Position numbers and translations under genes: made by a program. The notes beneath the pieces are model-generated. The model had not been told where the DNA came from and made no database searches. It saw only the letters and a program-made list of their open reading frames with translations. Shown here in pieces: positions 50,162 through 60,203 of a DNA stretch of 64,000 bases. The DNA is taken from the NCBI GenBank assembly GCA_963729605.1, contig CAVSNY010000006.1, positions 64,001 through 128,000 on the forward strand, written 5' to 3'. Source of the DNA: an uncultured Gammaproteobacteria bacterium (GTDB lineage Bacteria; Pseudomonadota; Gammaproteobacteria; DRLM01). Position 1 is the stretch's first letter; each line of letters opens with the position of its first letter.

Positions 50162-51052
50162 TCATTCGTAATTGAAACGGCGCGCCAGCAGCAGCAGGGC
50201 CTGTTCCAACAATAAACCGATGATGCCGACCACGAAGATGGCGATGATGATGTGGGCGACGTTGAGGTTGTTCCACTCGTCCCACACCCAGAAACCGATA
50301 CCGACACCGCCGGTGAGCATTTCGGCGGCGACGATCACCAGCCACGCCACGCCGAGGCCGAGGCGCACGCCGGTCAGCGTATAAGGCAGCACCGCCGGGA
50401 AGAGTATCTTGGTGAAGATCTTCCACTCGGAGAGATTCAGCACCCGCGCCACGTTCATGTAGTCCTGCGGCACCTTGGTCACCCCCACCGCGGTGTTGAT
50501 GATCATCGGCCAAATGCTGGAGATGAAGATCACCCACACCGCCGCCGGTTGCGCCTCCTTGAACACCAGCAGACCGATGGGCAGCCAAGCCAGCGGCGAC
50601 ACCGGCCGCAGCAGCGAGATGATGGGCGCGGTCATGCCGTTGAAGAAGGCGAAGCGGCCGATCATGAAACCCAGCGGTATGCCGATCAGCGCCGCCATGC
50701 CGAAGCCCAGCCCCACCCGCTCCAGCGAATGCAGGATGTTCCAGCCTATGCCCTGGTCGTTGGGACCGTTGACATAGAAAGGATCGCTGAACAGCGCCAC
50801 CGCCGCGATCCAGGTTTCGTGCGGACCCGGCAGACCCTCGCTGCCCTTGCTGACCAAGGCCCACAGCAACACGAACAACACCAGGCCCAACACCGGCGGC
50901 ACGGCCACCCGCACCAGCCAGCGGCTACCCTCCGCGAGTCGCGAGCTCCGCGGCGGCGCCGGCAGAGGCGCCGGCGGAATGATCACCGCCGTTGTCTCGG
51001 GCCGATCGGGCGGCGGCGTCTCCAAGGTCTTTTTCATCGCGATTACCGTCAT
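50162..51052 (-). CDS. nasE: nitrate/nitrite ABC transporter permease (NrtB-like)
   Basis: DPFY..GPND.GIGW, LRPVSPLAWLP, WLVIVAAEML. Confidence 0.92.
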   Translation of the reverse strand: MTVIAMKKTLETPPPDRPETTAVIIPPAPLPAPPRSSRLAEGSRWLVRVAVPPVLGLVLFVLLWALVSKGSEGLPGPHETWIAAVALFSDPFYVNGPNDQGIGWNILHSLERVGLGFGMAALIGIPLGFMIGRFAFFNGMTAPIISLLRPVSPLAWLPIGLLVFKEAQPAAVWVIFISSIWPMIINTAVGVTKVPQDYMNVARVLNLSEWKIFTKILFPAVLPYTLTGVRLGLGVAWLVIVAAEMLTGGVGIGFWVWDEWNNLNVAHIIIAIFVVGIIGLLLEQALLLLARRFNYE

Positions 51053-51063
51053 CTTGTTCTCCT

Positions 51064-52332
51064 TTACACCTTGATCTTGAAACTCGCCGCGTATTGCGCG
51101 GGATTCTTACCATCCCAGGTCACGCCGTCGATGAATTTGGCGGAACGCATCGCGTCTTTGGGTACCGGGACCTTGAGCTGGGCCGCGGCCTGCTTGTACA
51201 AATCGATCTGATTCACCTTCTTCGCCACCGCGAGATAATCCGGATCGGCGGTGAGCAGGCCCCAGCGGCGGTGCTGGGTGAGGAACCACATCGCGTCGGA
51301 CAGATAAGGGAAGTTCACCGCGCCGTCGTTGTAGAACTTCATGTAATTGGGGTCATCCCACTTCTTGCCGATGCCGTTGTCGTAACGGCCGAGGAAGCGG
51401 CCTTCGATCACCCCTTCCGGCGCGTTGACGTAGGATTTGCTGGAGATGATCTTCGCGACCTTGGGCCGGTTGACGGTGGCATCGATGTGCATCGACGCTT
51501 CCATCACCGCCATCAGCATGGCGCGCGCGGTGTTGGGATATTTCTGCACGAACTCCGCCGTGGTACCCAGCACCTTCTCGGGATGGTCTTTCCATATCTC
51601 CTGGGTGGTGACGGCGGTGAAACCGATCTTGTCGAAGATGGCGCGCGCGTTCCACGGTTCGCCGACGCAAAAGCCGTCCATGTTGCCGATCCGCATATTC
51701 GCCACCATCTGCGGCGGCGGCACCACGATGGTCTTCACGTCATTGAAGGGATGAATGCCGTTGGCCGCCAGCCAGTAATAAAGCCACATGGCATGGGTGC
51801 CGGTGGGAAAGGTCTGGGCGAAGGTGTATTCGCGTTTCTCGCCGTCCACCAGTTTTTTCAGCGAGGCGCCGTCGGTCACGCCTTTTTCCTTGAGCTGATT
51901 GGCGAGGGTGATGGCCTGGCCGTTGTGATTGAGGCTCATCAGTATCGCCATGTCCTTCTGCGGGCCGCTCATGCCGAGATGCACACCGTAGATGAGGCCG
52001 TACAGGACATGCGCCGCGTCGAGTTCGCCGTGAACCAATTTATCGCGCACCGCCGCCCAGCTCGCCTCTTTGGAAACGGTGACGTTGAGGCCGTATTTCT
52101 TGTAGAGGCCCAGTTCATGGGCCATCACCACGCTGGCGCAATCGGTGAGGGGAATGAAGCCGATGGTGAGATTGGTCTTCTCCGGTTTGTCGGAGCCGGC
52201 CGCCCAGGCGCCGGAACGCAGCCACGACGGCACCGCGCCCATCATCGCCGCGCCGCCGACCGCGACGCCCACCCCTTTCAAAAAACCGCGCCGCGATAAT
52301 CCCCGCTTGTCTTGATCTTGTTTGTCACTCAC
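51064..52332 (-). CDS. nasF: nitrate/nitrite ABC substrate-binding protein (NrtA/CmpA family), Tat signal
   Basis: SRRGFLK, GFIPLTDCA, TFPTGTH, PPPQMV, GEPWN, HPEKVL; GTG start 52332. Confidence 0.9.
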   Translation of the reverse strand: MSDKQDQDKRGLSRRGFLKGVGVAVGGAAMMGAVPSWLRSGAWAAGSDKPEKTNLTIGFIPLTDCASVVMAHELGLYKKYGLNVTVSKEASWAAVRDKLVHGELDAAHVLYGLIYGVHLGMSGPQKDMAILMSLNHNGQAITLANQLKEKGVTDGASLKKLVDGEKREYTFAQTFPTGTHAMWLYYWLAANGIHPFNDVKTIVVPPPQMVANMRIGNMDGFCVGEPWNARAIFDKIGFTAVTTQEIWKDHPEKVLGTTAEFVQKYPNTARAMLMAVMEASMHIDATVNRPKVAKIISSKSYVNAPEGVIEGRFLGRYDNGIGKKWDDPNYMKFYNDGAVNFPYLSDAMWFLTQHRRWGLLTADPDYLAVAKKVNQIDLYKQAAAQLKVPVPKDAMRSAKFIDGVTWDGKNPAQYAASFKIKV

Positions 52333-52366
52333 CGTTGTCACCTCGATTAGTTTTAAAATATTGGTC

Positions 52367-52452
52367 AAAATAAAAGGCGTCGATCCGCATGACGAAATAC
52401 ATCCCATGCCGATAGACGCCTTTGTCTGTGAGGCGCACCGCCGTTGGTCCGC
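52367..52452 (-). promoter_or_regulatory. ANTAR (NasT) dual-hairpin antitermination leader of nasFED
   Basis: Minus strand GCGGAC-CAACGGCG-GTGCGC and AGA-CAAAGGCG-TCT; the second hairpin overlaps a terminator ending GACGCCTTTTATTTT. Confidence 0.85.
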
Positions 52453-52501
52453 CGTAGTATTCGTTGATCGCGGGCATAAAGCGCCGCGTCATTCATGAAA
52501 G

Positions 52502-52517
52502 AGCAAGAGCTATACCA
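52502..52517 (-). promoter_or_regulatory. sigma-54 promoter of nasFED
   Basis: TGGTATAGCTCTTGCT; NtrC-like TGCACCA half-site at 52614. Confidence 0.75.
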
Positions 52518-52716
52518 ATCTTCCACATACCGTTCAAAAAGCTGAATAACAGCGGCTTACGTCGGCCGGAGCCGGTACGGTGCCGCGATATCGAATCCGG
52601 TTCGTATCGGGCTTGCACCAAAATATCGCCCCGTTTCGCGGCGCGGTCCTCTTGTAGTGCGCCCGCGTTGAATTGGGATACGGTGATAAACCTGTTTACG
52701 CCCCATAAACCGTCAT

Positions 52717-52748
52717 AAAAAAAGGGCACGCCCAATCGAGCATGCCCC
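52717..52748 (-). terminator. intrinsic terminator of the porin gene
   Basis: GGGCATGCTC-GATT-GGGCGTGCCC-TTTTTTT. Confidence 0.8.
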
Positions 52749-52784
52749 AATAGCGGAGTCTGATGCGCACCAAAACCGTCAAGA

Positions 52785-54002
52785 TCAGAAAGCGACTTGT
52801 CCCATCAGCCAGATTTTGTCGGTATCTACTTTGCCGGCCAGATCACCGGCACTGTAACTGGCGTATTTCGCGGTGACGGTATAGAGCTTGCCGAATTTCT
52901 TGGCGGCTTGAAAATTGAGTTCGGTGCCGTAGTCACCGCCGCCGCTGTCGGCGCTGTAGTCGTGATAGACCGCGAGCAGATCGATTCCCAGCAGCGCACC
53001 GCCCACGCTCAAATAGACGTCTTCCAAACCCGCCGCCGGCGTGGTGAGAAACTGATCGGCCCAGCCGTTGAAGGCATGCAAGGTGGCGAGGGGGGTCTGC
53101 ACGGCGCGGATGCCGTCGCCTTCCAGCAGTTCATAACCGAGCTTGGCGGTCACGCCATTCAACGTTCCGCCCAACTCGGCGAACAGGTAGTTGAGATCAT
53201 AGCTGGCGGGATTGTCGGCATAATCGCTCTGTTGCGCCCACTCCACGGTGTACAACAGCTTGGCTTGTTCTCCGAGTTTGCTGCCGCCGGTGAAACGCAG
53301 GCCGGCGGTTTGGGTGGATGAACCCGCGCCCTGCGCGTAGTCCAGCAAATAGACGTAGGCGCTGAGGGTACCGGCGGCCCAACCGCCGTAACTGGCGTTG
53401 AGCAGATCGGAGGACATATCGACGTTGAGGCCGGTGATGCGGTTGACGTTGCTCAAGTGGGCGTAAGTGACGGTGGTGTCCGGCAAGGATTTATTGACCA
53501 GCGCAACCGCGTCGAAGGTCTGCTCGTTCTGCCGCCAGCCCACGTTGCCGATGAAGCGCTGATTGTCCAACAGCAGACGCTGCCGTCCCAATTTCACCAC
53601 CGTCGCGGGTAAGGCACTCACGCTGAGATAGGCCTGATTGACTTCGGAACCCTCGGGGTCCAGCACCGACGAATACTGGGTCTTGCCGTTGGCGCCGCTG
53701 TTGTAATCGTCGTCGCCGACGGCGGTGATGTTCTCGAATTCCAGAAAGCCGCTGACCCCGTGAAAGGGATCGGTCAGATAACCCAGGCGGCTGCGCACGG
53801 TCGAGGCGGTCGCCTCTTCCAGGGCGTTGTCCTGGTCGACATATTCATAACGATAACGCACGTCCAGCGCTACCTTGCCGCCGGTCAGCGATTCACTGAA
53901 GGTGGCCGCCGCCTGCGCCGTGGGCGACAGGCCGCTGATCGCGGCGATCCCGCCCAGCAACGCCGCACCGTAAGTTACCCGATAAGAAACCCCGTTTTTC
54001 AT
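52785..54002 (-). CDS. alginate-export (AlgE)-family outer-membrane porin, probably for nitrate/nitrite
   Basis: Signal peptide, RYRYE.VD, EVNQAY, GRQR..LDNQRFIGNVGWRQNEQTFD, TPLATLHAFNGWAD, terminal Phe. Confidence 0.85.
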   Translation of the reverse strand: MKNGVSYRVTYGAALLGGIAAISGLSPTAQAAATFSESLTGGKVALDVRYRYEYVDQDNALEEATASTVRSRLGYLTDPFHGVSGFLEFENITAVGDDDYNSGANGKTQYSSVLDPEGSEVNQAYLSVSALPATVVKLGRQRLLLDNQRFIGNVGWRQNEQTFDAVALVNKSLPDTTVTYAHLSNVNRITGLNVDMSSDLLNASYGGWAAGTLSAYVYLLDYAQGAGSSTQTAGLRFTGGSKLGEQAKLLYTVEWAQQSDYADNPASYDLNYLFAELGGTLNGVTAKLGYELLEGDGIRAVQTPLATLHAFNGWADQFLTTPAAGLEDVYLSVGGALLGIDLLAVYHDYSADSGGGDYGTELNFQAAKKFGKLYTVTAKYASYSAGDLAGKVDTDKIWLMGQVAF

Positions 54003-54044
54003 TAGCCACTCCTCGTTATAATTGATAAGCGTTAGTACATCTTC

Positions 54045-54125
54045 AAAAAAAAACGCCCAACCATGCCGCGTTGCCGCGGCGCTGATTGGACGTCTTTGTC
54101 CCGGCGCGGACCGGCGTTGGCCCGC
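54045..54125 (-). promoter_or_regulatory. ANTAR dual-hairpin leader/attenuator between nasT and the porin
   Basis: Minus strand GCGGGC-CAACGCCG-GTCCGC and GGA-CAAAGACG-TCC, overlapping a terminator with a T9 tail. Confidence 0.88.
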
Positions 54126-54175
54126 TGTTTTTATTTCTCTCTCCAGCGTCGCGGAGAGAGCTCAAATAATCGGTG

Positions 54176-54751
54176 TCAGCCCAGCAACTCCTCGGCCTCG
54201 ATGACGCTCTCCGCCACCTCGATGAGACGTTTGTTGCGATTCATCGCCAGCTTGCGCAGGGCGTGATAGGCCTCGTCTTCACCGTAACCCCGCCGCTTCA
54301 TCAAAATGCCCTTGGCGCGCTCCAGCAGTTTGCGCTCGGCGAGACTGCTCTTGGCCTTGGCCAGTTCCCCGCGCAATTCTTGAAACTCCTCGAAGCGCGC
54401 CACCGCGGTTTGCAGGATCGGCTTGATGCGATGCGGCTGCAAACCGTCCACCACATAGGCGCTCACCCCGGCCTTGACCGCCGCGGAGATGGTCTCCTTG
54501 GCGTCGTCCTGGCAAAACATCACGATCGCGCGCGGATCATTACGGCTGATCACATGCAGATGTTCGAGCATGTCGCGATCGGGCGATTCCATGTCGATGA
54601 TGATGACGTCCGGCTGCGCCTCGCGCACCTTGGCGTAGAGATCGGTGCCGGACTCCAATACGGCGGTCACGTTATAACCGGCCGTCGTCAAGGCTTGCAC
54701 CACCTGCGACGACCGCGTCACGTCTTCGTCCACCACCAACACCCGCAACAT
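54176..54751 (-). CDS. nasT: ANTAR-domain response regulator
   Basis: REC-like IIDMESPDRD, AGVSAYVVDG; ANTAR LAERKLLERAKGILM...EAY..LRK.AM. Confidence 0.92.
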   Translation of the reverse strand: MLRVLVVDEDVTRSSQVVQALTTAGYNVTAVLESGTDLYAKVREAQPDVIIIDMESPDRDMLEHLHVISRNDPRAIVMFCQDDAKETISAAVKAGVSAYVVDGLQPHRIKPILQTAVARFEEFQELRGELAKAKSSLAERKLLERAKGILMKRRGYGEDEAYHALRKLAMNRNKRLIEVAESVIEAEELLG

Positions 54752-54790
54752 TCAACACCCGCCCTTGCCTCATCGTGACGCAGTGCATTT

Positions 54791-54806
54791 TGCAAGGCCT
54801 ATGCCA
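54791..54806 (-). promoter_or_regulatory. sigma-54 promoter of nasT
   Basis: TGGCATAGGCCTTGCA about 40 nt before the nasT start. Confidence 0.8.
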
Positions 54807-55180
54807 TGGCCCGCGATCCGGCTTCGAGGCTAATGCGCATCAAGGGATTAAGCGCGCATCCCGCTACAGCGTTGACCGCGGCCGGGATACCCCTGCACTG
54901 TTATCGCCCAATCCGGCATGATGACGCTCCGCGACGACGCATCCCTCGCAGGATCATGCCCTCCCGGAGAGAGGCCGGCGGCGCTTGCATTAAATTGGGC
55001 TTGCCGCCATCACGTCACTGAAAAAATTGATCGACACATTACTTTTGCTGCCGACCCTCGCGGCTCATGGCGGAAGCCGTGACGTTGACCACCCAGGGTT
55101 TCGCGCGGGGCGCGCGACGCCGGTGCCGGCGGCGATCTCCATCCGGCATCGGCGGATTTGAATCGCCCGGTGGCTAATTT

Positions 55181-55337
55181 TTAAGGAACCTCTGATTTAT
55201 TCAGAGGTTCCCGCGGCACACGGATGTGCCGCCATTTTCAATGATGTTAACCATTGAAAATGGCGGGCAGCGAAAATCACATTTTCGCTGCCCGTGCCCT
55301 GAAAATTCCAGGATGGAATTATTCAGCGCTTCCTTAA
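55181..55337. mobile_element. 149-bp MITE-like element with TIRs, flanked by TTAA
   Basis: TTAA-GGAACCTCTGATTTATTC ... GAATTATTCAGCGCTTCC-TTAA (14/18 TIR identity); internal hairpins; no coding capacity evident. Confidence 0.7.
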
Positions 55338-55453
55338 AATTTAAAATTTTAAAATCTTGCCGCGCCCAGACCGCATTCAGCCCGGCGGATTGCTCCAAAT
55401 CGCGGAACGCCGCGGCATGACCTCGGGGCAGCCGAGCGCGCCGCGGCGGCGAA

Positions 55454-56152
55454 TCAGGGTAAATCGAAAAAGAGCGCTTCGCCGTGTGACTCGGAGGTGA
55501 GGATGATGTCGGGTTCCTCGCGCAGTGCCGCGCCGTCGCCGTCGGCCAAGGGATGGCCGTTGAGGGTCAGCTTGCCGCGCACGACATGGAGGTAGGCGTT
55601 ACGGCCGCTTCGTACTTGATAACTCACCCGCTTACCGCTGTGCAGCCGGGTCAGGAATACCGAGGCGTCTTGATCGATGGTGAGCGATCCCTCGCGCCCA
55701 TCGGCCGACGCCACCAGACGCAAGCGGTCGCGGCTTTCCTCGGGTGCGAAGGCCTTTTGTTCATAACCGGGCGGCAAATTCCGCTGAGTGGGCAACAGCC
55801 AGATTTGCAGAAAATGCACCGGCTGCTCCCGTGAGGCATTGTATTCGCTGTGGACGATCCCGGTGCCGGCCCTCATTCGCTGCACCTCGCCGGGACGGAT
55901 GATCGAACCCGTGCCCAAGCTATCCTTGTGCTCAAGCGCGCCCTCGATCACATAACTGAGGATTTCCATGTCGCGGTGGCGGTGGCTGGCGAATCCCCCG
56001 CCCGGCGCCACCCTGTCCTCGTTGATCACCCGCAACGCCGAAAATCCTTCGTAGCGGGGATCGTAATAATCACCAAATGAAAAGCTGTGGTAACTGTCCA
56101 GCCAATCCAAGCGGCTGTGGCCGCGCTGCCGCGCCTTTCGCAGGCTTATCAT
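55454..56152 (-). CDS. pirin family protein (YhhW-like)
   Basis: [40 protein letters not shown]. Confidence 0.93.
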   Translation of the reverse strand: MISLRKARQRGHSRLDWLDSYHSFSFGDYYDPRYEGFSALRVINEDRVAPGGGFASHRHRDMEILSYVIEGALEHKDSLGTGSIIRPGEVQRMRAGTGIVHSEYNASREQPVHFLQIWLLPTQRNLPPGYEQKAFAPEESRDRLRLVASADGREGSLTIDQDASVFLTRLHSGKRVSYQVRSGRNAYLHVVRGKLTLNGHPLADGDGAALREEPDIILTSESHGEALFFDLP

Positions 56153-56271
56153 CGTTACAACTCCTACAGGACACTTCATTAGTTACTACTTATTGATTGC
56201 AGTAACAATATACTTGACACCCTCCGCATTAAATTGGAATTATCTGGCAGACACATTCAAATTATTTCAAT

Positions 56272-57180
56272 ATGCGACTCACCCTCGACGCCTTATCCAT
56301 ACTCGACATCATTGATCGCAAAGGCAGTTTCGCCGCCGCGGCCTCGGCCCTCCATCGCGTACCGTCCGCCATCACCTATACCGTCCAAAAATTGGAACAC
56401 GACCTGGGGATCACCCTGTTCGATCGCCAGGGCTACCGCGCGACTCTCACCACCGCGGGCCGTGAACTCCTGAAGGAAGGTCGTCACCTGCTGCAGGCCA
56501 TCGACGCGCTGGAGGCCCGGGTCAAGCGGGTCGCTACCGGCTGGGAAGCGGAATTGCGCATCGCGGTCGACGATGTCATTCGCTTCGAGGCCGTGCTGCC
56601 GCTGCTCGCGGAGTTTTACGCCACCGAGTCCGGCACACGGCTGCGCCTGGCCCGGGAGATATACGGTGGTAGCTGGGACGCGCTGCTCACCGGCCGCGCC
56701 GACCTGGTCATCGGCGCCGCCGGTGACGCCCCGCCAGGCGGCGGTTATAAATCGCGTCCTTTCGGACGTACCGAGCTGGTCTTCGCCGTCGCGCCCGACC
56801 ACCCTTTGGCCGACCGGCCTGAACCGCTCTCCGAAGAAGACATCCGGTGTTATCGCGCCGTGGCCACCGCCGACAGTTCACGAACCCTGCCCCCACGCAC
56901 CTCGGGCCTGCTGTCGGGGCAGGACGTGTTAACGGTAGCGGACTTCACCGCGAAGGTGGCCGCGCAACGTGCCGGACTCGGGGTCGGCCATCTGCCCAGG
57001 TGGATTGCCGAGCAAGAAGCGGCGGCGGGGCATTTAATCATCAAAAAAACCCAAAACGGCCCCATCTCATTTCCGCTCGCCGCCGCCTGGCGCAGCAATC
57101 ACGAAGGCAAGGCCTTGACTTGGTTCGCGGCCAGGGTCACCACACCGCCCTATGCCGCGGCGCTTACCGGTATGCCTTGA
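56272..57180 (+). CDS. LysR family regulator (YhaJ-like), divergent from pirin
   Basis: GSFAAAA.ALHRVPSAITY.VQKLE, GWEAELRIA. Confidence 0.93.
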   Translation: MRLTLDALSILDIIDRKGSFAAAASALHRVPSAITYTVQKLEHDLGITLFDRQGYRATLTTAGRELLKEGRHLLQAIDALEARVKRVATGWEAELRIAVDDVIRFEAVLPLLAEFYATESGTRLRLAREIYGGSWDALLTGRADLVIGAAGDAPPGGGYKSRPFGRTELVFAVAPDHPLADRPEPLSEEDIRCYRAVATADSSRTLPPRTSGLLSGQDVLTVADFTAKVAAQRAGLGVGHLPRWIAEQEAAAGHLIIKKTQNGPISFPLAAAWRSNHEGKALTWFAARVTTPPYAAALTGMP

Positions 57181-57252
57181 AAAAATGGATCACCGCCGCT
57201 CAAGTACTCTTTCGCGATGACGTCATATATACCGGTATCGGTTGGGATAATC

Positions 57253-57347
57253 CGTAAAATTTTCCGACGATTGGGCCGGCCATGCCGAGAGCGGCGCCAA
57301 TAAAGGTAGAGCCCAGAAATACATAGATTTGTGGCATTGAATTTGCT
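57253..57347 (+). promoter_or_regulatory. PEP-CTERM-type enhancer box plus sigma-54 promoter
   Basis: CGTAAAATTTTCCGACG (57253-57269) and TGGCATTGAATTTGCT (57332-57347). Confidence 0.7.
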
Positions 57348-57443
57348 ATTAAAAAGATTGGCCAATGATGGCATTGAATATTTTTTGGGCTTAAACCTCG
57401 AAATGGATGTTTGAAATAAGCCGTGAATTGAGGTTGACGCCCG

Positions 57444-58178
57444 ATGTTAAGTTGTAAATCACTGGTCTATAGCATGTGCATGGCGGCCGGCTTGGCGGTA
57501 TTCGCCGGCGGCGCGCACGCCATCCCCTTTCAAATCACCTCCCAGCTCACTGGTGACCCGCGCCTGGAAAATCCGGATGGAATCGTGGTGAACATCACCG
57601 TTGATGCCGATACCACCTCCAATCAAGCCACCTGGACCGTGGACCTGAACTCCCCGGTGGCCCATCCCAACATGAAATTACATGAGCTTTATTTCAATAT
57701 GCTGGGATCGGCGGGCGATTATGTCTTCAGCAATTTCTCGCCGGCATCCTGGAGCGTACAGCTCAACGACAATGTGAAAGGCGCCGGCAGCGGCGGTTCG
57801 ACTTTTTTATTTGAAGCGCTCGATCCGCAGGGTGGTCCCAAAGTTGATATTACCAACAGCGTATTGCTCACGTTCAAGATGACCAAGGTGGTCGGCAACT
57901 TTAACCCGCTCGATTTCATCAACGCGCCCAAAACCACGACCAGCGCCGGCTTCAATTCCCAGGTGGGCGCGCATTTGCAAAGTCTGACTACATCCAAAAT
58001 CGGCAAGTTAACCACCGCCGACAGCGGTTTCGCCACGGGGGATTTTTCATACGATCCGCCCGTACCGCCCCTGGCCGTGCCCGAACCCAACATCGCGCTC
58101 CTGATCGGCGGCGGCCTGCTGGGAATGGCCTTGATCCGCCGCCGCAAATCATCGTCACGGCAACACACCTCCAATTAA
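57444..58178 (+). CDS. PEP-CTERM sorting domain protein
   Basis: Signal peptide AHA|IP; C-terminal VPEP-TM-RRRK. Confidence 0.92.
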   Translation: MLSCKSLVYSMCMAAGLAVFAGGAHAIPFQITSQLTGDPRLENPDGIVVNITVDADTTSNQATWTVDLNSPVAHPNMKLHELYFNMLGSAGDYVFSNFSPASWSVQLNDNVKGAGSGGSTFLFEALDPQGGPKVDITNSVLLTFKMTKVVGNFNPLDFINAPKTTTSAGFNSQVGAHLQSLTTSKIGKLTTADSGFATGDFSYDPPVPPLAVPEPNIALLIGGGLLGMALIRRRKSSSRQHTSN

Positions 58179-58225
58179 CGGCGGAACATCGCCGCTCCGC
58201 TGACGGCAATCGCCGTCATTCGGAC

Positions 58226-58259
58226 AAAAAAAAGCCTCGCTAAATAGCGAGGCTTTTTT
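58226..58259. terminator. bidirectional intrinsic terminator
   Basis: A8-GCCTCGCTA-AA-TAGCGAGGC-T6 between convergent genes. Confidence 0.9.
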
Positions 58260-58277
58260 ATTTGATACCAGGCGAAC

Positions 58278-58481
58278 TTATTGGGGAACGACGTTCACCG
58301 CGCTCGGGCCTTTGGCGCCGCGCTCGGTTTCAAAGCTCACGGTCTGCCCTTCCGCCAAGGATTTGAAGCCGCTGGCCTGGATCGCGGAGTGATGGACGAA
58401 TACGTCGGCACTACCGTCGGAAGGCGCGATGAATCCAAAACCCTTGCTGTCGTTAAACCACTTAACTGTACCTGTAGCCAT
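58278..58481 (-). CDS. cspA: cold-shock protein
   Basis: [22 protein letters not shown]; paralog identity uncertain. Confidence 0.95.
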   Translation of the reverse strand: MATGTVKWFNDSKGFGFIAPSDGSADVFVHHSAIQASGFKSLAEGQTVSFETERGAKGPSAVNVVPQ

Positions 58482-58727
58482 TCTGATTACCTCTATAAAA
58501 AATAAATGAACAATGTATTAGTGTGCAGATTGCTGCTGAGAAATTACGGAGGGATTACACTCTACACTGCGAGGAACTACCGAAACTGCTACAAGACAAA
58601 AAGCTGCAACTGGGCTGATCTTATACCCTTCCCACTGATAAAGCCAGTTATTTAATCTCTACAAGAGATAAGGACGGCTTTATTGACCACTTCGCCCGCG
58701 ATGAAAAAAGATCCCGTGCGGCCGCGC

Positions 58728-59393
58728 TTACCCGCGCTTACGCGCCAGGGTCACCCCATCACCGATCGGCACCATGCAGAGATCGACGCGATCATCGCCG
58801 AAGATAAATTCGTTGAAGCGGCGTATCGCCACGGTCGCCTCGCGCCGGTCATCCGGGTTGGCGACGCTGCCGCCCCACAAGACATTATCGACGGCGATGA
58901 GCCCGCCCGGCCGCAGCAAACTCAAGCAGTGTTCGTAGTAGTTGCGCAGATTAAGCTTATCCGCGTCGATAAAGGCGAAATCAAACGTGCCGGCTCCGCC
59001 GTCGCCGAGCAACTCATTCAGGGTGTCGAGCGCCGGCGCCAAACGCAGCTCGATTTTCCCGTCAACACCCGCCTGCCGCCAATAACGCCGCGCCACCGCC
59101 GTCCACTCCGCGCTGACATCACAAGCGATCAAACGCCCCTCTTCGGGCAAGGCCTCGGCCATCAGCAAGGCGCTGTAGCCGGTGAAGGTGCCGATCTCGA
59201 TGATGCGCCTGGCGCCGATGAGCTTGACCAGCAACGCCATGAACTGGCCTTGATCGGGAGAGATTTGCATCACCCCCATCTCCAGCCGGTTGGTTTCATC
59301 GCGCAAGGCCCGATGCAAGGGCGTGTCGCGCATGGAAACCGACAACAAGTATTCATAGAGGGTTTCGTTCAGATTCAGCGTCTGTTTTCCCAT
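58728..59393 (-). CDS. class I SAM-dependent O-methyltransferase (COMT/CCoAOMT-like)
   Basis: MQISPDQGQF, EIGTFTGYS, FIDADK, DNVLW.G, PIGDG. Confidence 0.93.
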   Translation of the reverse strand: MGKQTLNLNETLYEYLLSVSMRDTPLHRALRDETNRLEMGVMQISPDQGQFMALLVKLIGARRIIEIGTFTGYSALLMAEALPEEGRLIACDVSAEWTAVARRYWRQAGVDGKIELRLAPALDTLNELLGDGGAGTFDFAFIDADKLNLRNYYEHCLSLLRPGGLIAVDNVLWGGSVANPDDRREATVAIRRFNEFIFGDDRVDLCMVPIGDGVTLARKRG

Positions 59394-59477
59394 AAGTACA
59401 CCTAGTTGTGGAAAAGAGAAAGTGCGCGTCCATTGGCTCATGCGAACCGCCGCAACGCGCACCGGTTTTTCCCTATC

Positions 59478-60053
59478 TTAATCCCGAATCGCCTCGACTT
59501 CGAACTTCAACACCATCTCGTCGCCTATCGCCGGCAACGCGTATTTCACGCCGAAATCGGAACGTTTGATCTTGGCGCTGGCATCGAAACCGCAGACGAA
59601 GGCCTTTTTGGTCGGGTCCATGGGATTGATGCCGCAATTGATGCTGGCCACCTCGAGCTGTACCGGCTTGCTGACCCCCATCATGGTCAACGTACCCTGC
59701 ACCGTCGCGGTCTTGTTATCGCGGATAGTCACCTTGCTCGACTTGTAGGTGATCTCCGGAAATTCCACCACGTTAAGAAAATCCGGCGAACGCAGATGAT
59801 CGTCGCGTTTCTTGAAGCCGGTATCGATGGAGGCGGCGTCGATGGTGACATTCACCGAACCGGTCTTATTGGCCTGATCGAGGGTAAGCTTGCCGCTGGT
59901 CGTGTTGAAACGGCCGTGCATCGTCGAAAAACCGAGATGGTTGATGCTGAAATGCGGATAGGTATGCGTCGGGTCGATGGTGTACGACTCCGGCGCGCTG
60001 AACGCGCTCAACGGCAGAAACATAAAAGCGGCGGCGGCAATCAATTTACGCAT
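59478..60053 (-). CDS. YceI family lipid/polyisoprenoid-binding protein
   Basis: YTIDPTHT, HLGFS..GRF, SIDTG..RDDHLRS.DF, IKRSDFG. Confidence 0.93.
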   Translation of the reverse strand: MRKLIAAAAFMFLPLSAFSAPESYTIDPTHTYPHFSINHLGFSTMHGRFNTTSGKLTLDQANKTGSVNVTIDAASIDTGFKKRDDHLRSPDFLNVVEFPEITYKSSKVTIRDNKTATVQGTLTMMGVSKPVQLEVASINCGINPMDPTKKAFVCGFDASAKIKRSDFGVKYALPAIGDEMVLKFEVEAIRD

Positions 60054-60203
60054 GAACAATCTCCTGGTTTGCGGGTTGAATGAGTGAAGCGTTTAACGGT
60101 CTGCCGGGAGAGGCAGGTTCTTGTGACGCATGATAACGGCTGGGTATTAGCCGGATAAATCGGCATAATAGAAAAATATTGTTTCTATAAAGAGACTAAT
60201 CGA

